DNA of 64,000 nt. Source: Antedon mediterranea. Lineage: Eukaryota; Animalia; Echinodermata. Every line of letters begins with the position of its first letter. Within the stretch, counting starts at the first letter, position 1. The stretch spans positions 28,898,437 to 28,962,436 of the forward strand of contig NC_092672.1 in the NCBI RefSeq assembly GCF_964355755.1, in the 5' to 3' direction. Made by a program: the position numbers and the translations under genes. The notes under the pieces are model-generated. The model was not told the origin of the DNA. It made no database searches and was given only the letters and a program-made list of their open reading frames with translations. This document shows, one piece after another, positions 53,371-64,000 of the stretch.

Positions 53371-53786
53371 TTAATATTACAAATTAATTTAATCTCACAC
53401 GTCGTACGTACCACCCCGTATGATACAACGAACATGTAATGTATGTAAAGATTGTATAGCATAGTACTACAGCGTACTGTAAGGCGACGTCCTTTATGTT
53501 TACCGACAGTACGCGATTCTTACCTTTAGCGATAAAGCTACAGTATCGCTTTATCAGTAGAGTAGGCGCACGTGTACTGAAACTTTTTCCGGGTTACAAG
53601 TTTGACCTAATTCCCATGCCCAGGGAAGGCATCATCGTCAGTGTAGTAGTAGTAGTAGTACCCGTAGTACTATGCGACGTCCTTTGTGTTTACCGACAGT
53701 ACGAGATGAATCTACAGTATCAGTAGTAGGCGCGCGTGTACTGAAATTGCTAGTTACAAGTTCTTTGACCCAATTCCAATGCCCAG

Positions 53787-56700
53787 TAGTCCAGTCCCTA
53801 AGGGGAGAAAAAGGGGTGGGATGTTACCAGACTGGATACAAATTTTTCAATATAGCAGTTTGGTAGAGTATAGTGTGGAGATGCCAAAACAAAGTTACTG
53901 GAAATCTGATTTGACCTCTGTGACCTCTGACCTCAATTTTTATATTTTTCTATTATATAACTAAAAATCGCCATATCTTGACAACGCAGGGACATTTTAC
54001 ATTTATTTTTTTTTCAAAATGCTTGGAAAATATATATTTATATTCGCTATAATGAAAAAAATTGTACAAAAATGGCCGCAAAGGCTTTATTTTTCAGTTT
54101 AACCTTTGACCTTGATTGCCTAATATCTCAATAACACGCAATCTCGGAGATTTGAGAATGGGCTCAAAATGTTAAGAAAATAAATCTAATATTTAGTCTA
54201 ATAGAAACTTTTTTCAAAATATTACCATAAATTAAGCTTTTTTGACCCTTGACCTCTAATGTTTGAATATGTCAATATCTCGGTAACTATTTGTCCTAAA
54301 AAGTTCAGTTTGGTGTCAAATTGTTTAGAATATACACATTTATATTTGCTATAACAAAATATTTTGTCAGAATTCAATTGGAAATGTCATTTTCAGCTAT
54401 GACCCATCGTTTTGCATATATTTAGCAATTTATAATCTATAAAAAGAGATCGAGAGAGGGGAGGGGGTTGGGGTGGATGGAGAGACACATATTTTTGTTA
54501 AATGTTAAACTCTGTCTACACTATAACATTTTTATGCGACAAAAAAATGTGATGTGCCTATATATGGACACGATGAATGACATATCACTACCATATTTGG
54601 GCACATCACACCTTTTTTGTTAAACTCTCCATCAACCCAACCACCTCCCCCTTTCTTGCTTTTCCAATGCTACTGCATGCATCTATACACATCAAAATGG
54701 CCGGAATTGTACTGGAAAGTTTTTAGCTGCATTTGAAAATAAGTCCCAGAGGATGGGTGTATTGTAATGTTATCAGAATTATGGCAATTGTTTGTAATGG
54801 GAATCCGAAAGTTTTAAAACTACATTTGAAATATTTGCTAATAATATCACATGCTATTAAAGATATACTTATTTTCCACCTGACAAAAGTAATTTTGACA
54901 AATATTTTTGTTGAATATGCAATTTTAATGTCACACATAATAGTTTCACCAAAATTGGATTGAAAAAAAAATGATATAGTGCATACCCAAAAAAACTGTA
55001 ATTCAAAGCAAAAAATAGGCTGGAAGTCAATGTGATTTTAGATAAATTAACTGTTTATTTTGTCTTTAAAGCTCAGGTACAGGCATGAATTTTAAATATA
55101 ATATCTGGTTAATTGTACATAAATCAAGTATTTGTAAAAGGAATCAAGACGAAAAAACATAAATTTCCCTTAAAATGGTCAAATACAAAATTTTGCAAAA
55201 TTCTGCTATAAAAACCAGGAAGACTTTTTTTCAGTAGTTAGGTAGTTAACCTAATGTAATAACATGTATGGTGACTCCCTAGAAGGTGAAAAAAGATGGT
55301 GGATATACGGTGGATAATTTTTGCTATAGCATGAAAATAAAAATCTGAAGTTGAATAAAAATACCAGAAATGTAATATTCAAGTTATATTACCTATATTT
55401 AGTCATCTGATAACATTTTTTACCACACCGTTTGTTTTTCATAGCTTTTTAAAATGCCTCTCTATTTACAAAATTTGTGTACAAAAGAATAGAGATTTTA
55501 CTGTGTAATTTGAACTATCCCCCCACTGATAAGAAAGTGCTTGTTTTCTACAAGCTCGTGTAACACAAATAAAATCCCAAAAATTATGAAACATAGGGGA
55601 AACTATAGATCGATAATTATTGGAATGTATGATCAATAGAATTTTTTTGCCCGCACCTGGCCTTTAAAGTGATATTTACTCTATTTTTTAGATTAGCTCT
55701 TTGATTAAACACCTCTTCCAATGCAGTGAAAATCTTAAGTGTCGCCTTGTCTTACTAATCTTCCTTAACTTCTCTTTGAACGATCGTAATCAATATTTGT
55801 TGAGGTATAATATTTCCCTCTAATATGGTAATGCTTGTTTTATTGAGTCAAATGCTTTCTGATAATCTCTAAATCAAAGATTTGGTGATATTCATTTCCT
55901 TTTTATTTTAGTTGATTGACAAACTGTATAAGATGGTCCTACTGTATAAAGCCTTATATATTGGTTTATTTACTTCTAGTCGGTCTCTGATTTTGTTTTT
56001 TGATTACTTTTGTAAATTATTTGTGTACATGTGATAATGTTCGTTTGGTCGGTAATAGTTGATGTCAGTTTTGTCATGTTTTTGTGGATTAAAGTATAAT
56101 TATCATTGCTTCTCTTAATTTCTTCTGGTTTCAAAGATTTTGTTGTATAGTGTTATGAGCTGGATGTGTTATTGCCTCATCAAGCCAAGATGGTAATTTT
56201 GACTGCTCACTGGTTTGTTTTCCTTTTATATTCCACTACAGTATGTTCTTGAAAAGAAATCAGCTTTGTAATTAATTTGTCTTTGATCCTTTTCAGATTT
56301 CTAATATTTTAAACATATGTTTTTCTTTTCTTCGCTTTTTCCTCACTGTTTCAAACATTTTATTTTTTCAGCATACTTCAAGCAATTAATTGATAATTAG
56401 GTCATATGTTTTATGAGTATCAAATCGCATTGGTTAATTCTTCTTTTCTTTCTTTAGGATCCTGATTTTCTTTGTTTTTTTTAAAATGTTATTTAACTTT
56501 AAGTTTATCTAATTTTTTGTTGATATTAAGTGTTGCTCTTACGGTGTAGGCCTACCATGCGATGGAATTATATATTTAAATTAAATTAAACATTAAGTTT
56601 TAAGAAAATTGTAAAAGGCTAAATAGGATATTGAATGTAGTTCTGGTCCACTAAATCTATATTTTAGGTATATTATTATATGACACACGCACGCTTAACA

Positions 56701-57306
56701 GTATATCCTGGTCATACCTCAAACTGGCATTTCCAGTAAAAATATGATAACATCTTCTATTAGAGCTAATATAAATGTTTACATTTTGAACATTTTGACA
56801 CCAAGTTGAACTTTTTATGACATTTGGTTACAGAGATACAGACATATTTAAACATTAAAGGTCAAAGGTCAGTAAATGACATTTCCTGTGGATTTGGAAG
56901 AACATGTTTAATTAGAGTATATATAAATATGTATGCTCTTAACAATTTGAAACAAATTTCAAGAAATTTTGACCAGTAGTTATTGAGATATAGTAAGCCG
57001 AGGTCAAAGGTCAAAACATTAAGAAATTACATTTCCGGTCGTTTTTTTGAAAAAAGTTCTATTAGAGCGAATATAAATATGTACCCTCTGATCTATTTGA
57101 CACCAATATCATTTCAATTGTCAAACCCGTTGCGGAGATATGGCTGTTTAAGATAGAAATATAAAAATTGAGGTCAGAGGTCACAGAGGTCAAATCAGAT
57201 TTCCAGTAACTTTGTTTTGGTATCTCCATATCATGTTCTATCAACATGCCAAAGGGCACACTTGTATCCACTATGGTAACATCATTTCCCCTTAGGGACT
57301 GGACTA
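53787..57306. mobile_element. Academ-like non-autonomous element with 3-bp TSD
   Basis: CAG|TAGTCCAGTCCCTAAGGGGA..TCCCCTTAGGGACTGGACTA|CAG; long imperfect TIRs. Confidence 0.8.
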
Positions 57307-59354
57307 CAGGCATCGATCGTACTATCGTACAGTACTGTATGTAATCTCACTGCGCATGTACCGGAAAAGTACTTGTAGTACTGTATTTTGCGTACATACT
57401 TTCGCGAATTGCAATCACTCGTGACATTTTCTGGTTTTACAGTATGTCGGAAAAACGTACAGTAGCGTAGTTTTAGAGACTAAAGAAAGTTGTAAAAAGA
57501 AAAAATATAAAACTAGATTTTCTAATGAATGGAAAAATACGTTTCCGTTTGTTAGTGCGAGTAATCAACACGTTAACGAGAGTGAATACAAGTTTTTTGC
57601 ACTATTTGTAACGTGAATTTGTCATGCTCACAGGGAGGAATCAACGATGTTGCTGTACACTCCAAGTTGTTTGTTTTAATTTGTATTTTTGTTAATGAAT
57701 TAATACAACTAAGTACAGATTTGATTTGTACTGTGAATGGTTTTTTATTTAAGTGTATACAACAATATAAATTTAGTAAATAAAGTTTGATTTATAATCA
57801 CCAAACAAGTTCTTTTCTTTTTGTTTGTATTACTCTGATTTGCAAAGAGCTGTCTTAAGATTCGTGTTGGTAGTACAGTATAGTTTTATTCTTGAACGTT
57901 GGTGGCGACAGACATCACAGTGTTAACGTTGGTGGCGGTATACCCTCCCGATTTTTAATTCATTTAGGTTGGAACGTCTGCTAATGAAATGTGAGCTTTT
58001 TTTTTTCTAGGCCTAGCTTACAGCAGGGGGTACCTCCCTGCTACAGTAGGAATACAATGACATGGGCTCCATATTAGGTAGATACCGGTAGGTTTCCTAC
58101 TACAGTACAAACAACTAGGCCTATCCTCAGCAGTTATCTATTTTTTGGGTTTTTTTTTATTATTTTAATATGAATATTTTACAGACTAACATACTATTTT
58201 ACTCGTAACTTTATAAGCCTACTGCCTAACTGCAGGTCAGGTCTGGCGGACTAGTCACTATACAGTCTTTTAGTTTTACTAATACCACTGCCACCACCGC
58301 TTTGTAGGTACGCGACGGTACAGAGGGGTTAATCGTTATAAACTTCGAACATCGTATCGTGAACATAATTCGTAGCCTTTTGCTCAAGGGTACGCGTTGG
58401 TAAACTTCGGCTCGAAAAAAATCTAAACATTTTGGTCCCTGGATGGAACATTTAATTTAATTTAATTGATTTATTTGACCAACAAAACATAATATACAAT
58501 GTACAAAGATGAATTGGTCAGGGAATGCTAAAGTAATACGATTACTGTAACTACAAGAGTCAGCAGTCCCATGATCTTAACTAAAATAAATATAAAATTT
58601 TATAAACAAATAAGTATAAAGCTGTGAGTATACAGAAAAAAAGGAACAAATATATGATATACAAACAAATTGAATTAAATATACAAAAAAAAAAAAGAAT
58701 TAAAGATAATTATCAACATGACATATCACCCAGATGGGATGGAGCCGAAGGAGAGAAAATAGCTGATGTACAAGAAGCCATTGTTCAAACATAATTGATA
58801 ATGAATTCTACAAATGGCCTAATTTATTCTAGTGGAAGTAAATCACCACGACCTAGGCTGGATGGTGAACGGAGATATCCACCCTATTATTTTATAGAAT
58901 AGAAATAATAATTAACATAAAATACTTAATAAAAACCTTCAAAAACATGTCTAGTGGTATACCGTAAATTAATAACGGAACCCACATCATCATAATAAAT
59001 AATATTTGTTTCACTTACTTCGACGAGCATTCCAAATCAATAGAAACACGAATATCAATGATGATGTTAGATAACTCATCATTATTATTACTGTAGGAAA
59101 GCAACCAGTCACTGTTTCAATCACTCAAGTCTGTCTCGATAGTCTGCATACAGTGCTAACTTTATATAGGCCTACATTTGAATAACCATTCTTATCTGAT
59201 CTTAAAGTTCCTGTAATTATTATTAATATAGAAAGAAGTAAACCAATCAGACAATAAGCATATTTTTTTTTTCATTTTTTTTTTCTATTATACACGTTTT
59301 ATAACTGTACCATATTCTATCTGATCTTGATTTTCCTGCAATTATATTATTATT

Positions 59355-59792
59355 AAAGAAATGAATACTTGTTCTCAACCTTTTTAAATAATTATCAGAA
59401 AGGAGTGTTGTTCTTGTCATTGAACAATAGAAATTCTGTTCGAACCGTATAATTGTTTACCGTGCCAAACCTTTATTCTTTATCGTTATTTTATCAATAT
59501 TTCAAATAAGCATTTATTCTTGGAATTATTATTAAAGGTGAAAGAAATGAATAGGGGCTTACTTGTTCTCAATCATTCAAATAGTTATTAAGAAAGGAGT
59601 GTTGTTCCTGTTATTGAACAATAAAAATTCTCTTTGGACCATAGGCTAGGCTAGGCTAGGCTAGGCCTATAATTGTTTATTGTGCCAAACCTTTATTCTT
59701 ATCGCTGTTGTATCACTCTTTTATTTCAAATACTCATTGTCATTATTTCTGAAATTATTATTAAAGATGAAAGAAATGAATACATGTTCTCT
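59355..59792 (+). repeat. Local tandem duplication (~200-bp unit)
   Basis: AAAGAAATGAATA..CTTGTTCTCAA..AGAAAGGAGTGTTGTTC..GTGCCAAACCTTTATTCTTATCG repeated. Confidence 0.8.
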
Positions 59793-60493
59793 CAAAGAAT
59801 CTATATATTAATTCTACTGAATTTTTCGCGTATTTTACGTATCTCTTCCAAACCCACATTTGGCACACTGATGTTTATTGATGGGCCGCATACGACAGGC
59901 TATGATACTTTCCTGAATTAAGGATAAACACTAAACAAATGCAAAAAAACAGCAGTAATCTGACGTATCCGCCACCAAATTACGCTTAAAGCAAGTCTAA
60001 CCCTCAATGTAATTACAAAGTAGCGAAAAAGATACCAAACCTCATGCCAAAAAATAGCAATATATTAAAAACCATTGAAATAAAAAACAAATGTAATGAA
60101 AAACAAAAACAAAAAAACAAATAAAAACACAAACATAAATAAAATTTTAAAATAAATGTTAACTTTTTTGAGTTGGCAACTAGTTTATCAAAAAATGTAA
60201 CATTTAGTTTAAATAACAATTTGAAACCAGAGTTCCAAAGTCGTGTTTCCACAAGATATCAGATATAAAAGTTTGTGTCCGAGTGCATTATCTAATTTCA
60301 GTAGTGTGTGTACTTTTCTATTGATTTTAAAGTCCGTTTTACTATACCAATACTGTTCACATCTTATTCTATAACTGACTGATTAACAGAATTCAACGTG
60401 CACTTCTCATGCACGTTGTCACTTTCTGATGCGCACCCTAGATTAATATTCACACAGCACCAAATATTAGTCGAAAAAAAATTCATATCTTAA

Positions 60494-60839
60494 AGATGTA
60501 TTGTCCCCCTGAAAAAATAATTCTTAAAACATTTTTGGTTGAATATTCTATTTTAATGTAACATAATAGTTATCCACTTTGACCAAAAATTGAATCGAAA
60601 AAAATGTATTTACCAGAAAAAAATGTAATTTAAAGCAAAAAATGGTCAAATTCGCTGCCAGCCAATGTATTTTTGTTTGAATTTAACCATTTATTTTGTC
60701 ATTTTATTAGTGAAAACATGATTTATTTTTGTTTCGTTTTCTATAGAAGTGATTAACTTTATTAAAACTACAAAATAACATATTCAAAGTCTGATTTAAT
60801 TAATCTTCATTTTTCATGTTTTTGGGGGACAATACATCT
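60494..60839. mobile_element. Kolobok-like MITE
   Basis: TTAA TSD and the same TIRs as 49933-53370. Confidence 0.82.
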
Positions 60840-60843
60840 TTAA

Positions 60844-61130
60844 CGTGTTTTTATCTTAACATATTCATTTCACATTCATATCTATATTGAGGTTATATGC
60901 CAACACAATTCCTTGATTGTAAATAATCTTTTACACCAGATTACAATCATACTCAAAATAGGATCCAGCTGAGTATAGTACCATATGTCACAACTACTAT
61001 TATTAAAGTTACTAGGTAATATCTCCTTAATTAGAACATTCTAAGCTCGATAATTTATTACAGCACCTGCTAGATTACCAGCATACTCAATAGTCGAGTT
61101 AAGCACCATCAATGTCACTACCACTGATAA
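60844..61130 (-). pseudogene. NLR paralog remnant (last LRR and 3' UTR), uninterrupted version
   Basis: Reverse complement matches 27346-27513 joined to 31180-31270. Confidence 0.8.
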
Positions 61131-61155
61131 AACTATCTAATTAAGTTAACTTAAA

Positions 61156-62372
61156 TTGATTTATAACGCAAGCATAATTAACGTACCCTTACATATAATT
61201 CCACTTGTTGAAAAAATACTTTATAATTTTCTGTGGAATGGTCGACGTGAAAAAATTAAAAGACTTGTTCTTATTAAAAAAGTATGTGAAGGTGGCTTGA
61301 ATATGATAAATTTCAACTCCGTAATAGATTCATTAAAACTAGCATGGATAAAAAGATTACTCAGTCCCGATCCAGGAAAATGGAAAAATATTCCAAAATA
61401 CTTTATGTATCCAATAGAATACACTATAGGTGCAGCTACTCAGCTTAACTTTGAAGATCATATTGACTTGAATAGAATGCCTGATTTTTATGTATCAATG
61501 TTAAAATCAGCGGTTAAGTTGAATAATATTGTTAGTGTACAAAATATAGAAGACATTTTAAAACAACCACTTTGGGAAAATAAATATATAATTTCCGCAA
61601 GTGGAAAATCTCTTTATTTTAAAATATGGGTACATTCCAAATACAAATCGGTATGTGACATTATCGATTTCTAACTTCAGATGAAGTGATACCTACTTTA
61701 AGCAATAAACGAAAAGGACTTATCAAATATTTTGCGCTCTTGTATTCAATTCCATGTTTGTGGAAAGAAATCATCTTTAATTCAATAAAAAACAATCAAA
61801 TTAACCTGCAAGTCAAAGAAACTGTATTTCATAAAAAATACAAGGCATCTTTTCATTATACCCTTTTTGTTAGCAATGTTGCTAAAATCCCCAATATACA
61901 AGCAAAGTGGGAAGTTGAGTTAGGTAACAATGAAATAGACTGGGACAATACATGGTACTGTAAAGTTCACAATATGAAACATTTACCACAAGTCGCCCAA
62001 TTTAATTTTAAATTATTACATCGTATCTTAGCTTGTAGAAAAATCTTAAAGAAGTGGAATCTTAATAAAAGTGATTGTTGCGAAAAGTGTTGTATAGAAA
62101 GTGAAAAACATATGTTGTACACCTGTAATAGCATTCAATCAGATTTGAGGAAGTTCCGTAAACTGATCGTTAAATGTATTCCGACTAATGAAACATTACG
62201 GCCAGGTTTCCCCGAATGGTCAGACATAATTATAGGAACTCAGAACACGCTTGTTAATGAACTCATCTCTTTATTTACATTTAGTATTTACAAATCTTGC
62301 ATTATTTATAAAACAAGCAAACGGATTATCACTTGGAATTTATTTAAGATAGAAATACAAATGGAATATTGA
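61156..62372 (+). mobile_element. L1/Tx1-clade LINE 3' fragment
   Basis: FLWNGRREKIKR..EGGLNM..LKLAWIKRLL, FNFKLLHRILA, C..C..ESEKHMLYTC. Confidence 0.88.
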
Positions 62373-62689
62373 CAAAGGATAAGATGTTTTTCTGATGGTC
62401 TTCTAATTCTGGTTGGAGGAACCAGAATAGACCTGGTAGAGGTTGTAGTTCCTTCTTCATCATCACTATCTTGTGGAGAATCTTCAATATCTCTTTCCCT
62501 ACTATTCCCAAATATAATAGTTTCTACTTGGAACGGAAGACATTTCTTTTTTGTAAATGCTTAACAGGAATGCACTGAATCATTTTCCTCTAATGTCGAT
62601 CCTACATACCTTCAGCTAAGCTGAATATACAGCATATCTTACGTTAAAATTAAGATGAGAAACTTAACTAACAGAATATTTTTCCCTAG

Positions 62690-63579
62690 AAAACAGCAAG
62701 AATGAAGATAGTGGACAGTCAGGTGCTAAAGTCGGTCAGATAATAAACGGCAGAAAATAAAAAGAGGAGCCGATCTAAAAGAGAAAACATTTCCTTCTCA
62801 AAATCTACCTCAAGGTACAGGTAAATAACAGCCGTCTTTAGTTGCTTGAAGTACAGTAAATGAATCATCCAACTATAAACACTGATATTTGTTTTCTGTA
62901 GACAACAGCGATATTGAAGATAGTGGAGCATCAGGTTCTAAAAGTCGATCACATAATAAACGGTGGAGAAAAAAAGTAATGAAAAAGAAAACGTCTCTCC
63001 CTCTAAATCTGCCTAGAGGTAAATAACAAACGTCTTTAGTTAATTGCGTGAAATACAGTAAATGAATCATTAACCTCTATCCAACCTATGCCTCCCATCT
63101 AATCTGTTATAGAAATATATTGTAAGTTATACTCAAGATGAGAAAATAAAGAAACACTGATTTTTGTTTTCTGTAGACAACAGCGAGAAAGAAGATAGTG
63201 AAGCATCAGCTTGTAAAAGTCGACCAGATAATAAGCGGTGGAGGAAGAAAGTGAAAGCCAAACAAAGAGAGAAAACATCTACTTCTCTAAATTTGCCTCC
63301 TCATGGTAAATAACAAGTTAGTTAGTTTCGGGAATTACATTTAAATTATTAATTTACTTCTCACTTTTAATGTCCTCTTATATACCTCCTTAAGCTGATA
63401 TATAATTGTATCGTAACTTATACGTACTTAAATTTATTGGGTTTCATAGACAACTGCAATAATGGAGATGATGGAGCATCTGGTTCTAAAAGTCTTCAAG
63501 CAAGCGCGCCGGATCCAGAATGTTACGAAATCGGAAAGTGGGAACAAATCTTCCCCTCTACATCTTCCTCAATGTAAAG
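62690..63579 (+). pseudogene. Four tandem homologous phase-1 exons (62690-62820, 62902-63018, 63177-63305, 63450-63579) encoding acidic-then-basic linkers
   Basis: Each has a pyrimidine tract plus TAG acceptor and a GTAAAT donor; exons 2 and 3 are open (DNSDIEDSGASGSKSRSHNKRWRKKV..); exons 1 and 4 are 131 and 130 nt, so frameshifted. Confidence 0.65.
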
Positions 63580-64000
63580 GTAAATAACAAAAGAAAGATG
63601 AATTAAAAGAAGTGAATTTCAGCAACTTTTACAATATGTTCCGTGACACAGCGTCATACACGTCATATGACATATCTCTACTCTAAATTTAACTTCAACC
63701 TACCTTTTACATGAGTATATGCCTATGTAACTGGACATATGAAGGCAATCAGAACACTGAGCTCGCCTGACCAAGATAGGAACTCGTAACAGTCCTTTGA
63801 TCTTATTAGTCTAGTAGGAAGGAGGGGTTACCGTGCAACCCCATGATGTATTTTTTTAACGTATGTTTTTGTAATCCTGAATATGTAATTAACATTTTTT
63901 TATGTTCCCTAGCACAAAATATTGTCACATAGGGTCTTTTGGAGGCCTCTTTGGTGGCCATCTTGGATTTACCAAAATACTAAATATGTATGGTACTTGA

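Larger units (their letters stand above)
49777..57980 (+). mobile_element. hAT-like element with 6-bp TSD hosting nested insertions
   Basis: CTAATG|CAGACGTTCCAACC..GGTTGGAACGTCTG|CTAATG; zinc-finger start KYKTRFSNEWKNTFPFV..CTICNVNLSCSQGGINDV at ~57500-57650. Confidence 0.75.

Noticed and set aside
62385-62540. Minus-strand open stretch ending PTRIRRPSEK
   Set aside because: Resembles an LTR-element integrase tail but too short to assign

Overview
AT-rich eukaryotic (invertebrate, probably echinoderm; the taxon is an inference) genomic DNA with a heavy transposon load. Host-gene content: (1) a two-exon NLR-type immune gene (tandem DED-like, NACHT, about 8 double-LRR units; 9923-14583, +) with a 1-nt frameshift at the NACHT/LRR junction; (2) remnants of further NLR paralogs (27346-31600 +, 60844-61130 -, probably the repeated exons at 62690-63579); (3) the 3' part of a four-kringle gene present twice, in a large inverted duplication (15487-25915 vs 38358-44480), with the left copy carrying a nonsense codon and two extra TE insertions. 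The rest is decayed LINEs (L2, RTE, Tx1/L1, CR1-like), Gypsy and Penelope scraps, and many nested DNA elements (Academ, hAT, Kolobok, MULE, Sola-like, Harbinger, Crypton-like, Helitron/Helentron). The most unusual signals come from comparing duplicated copies inside the window: GGCCTA/TAGGC micro-insertions at TA sites that create TAGGCCTA, and 18-24 bp perfect-hairpin insertions with 7-bp target duplications. All family assignments are from motif recognition by eye; no database search was run.
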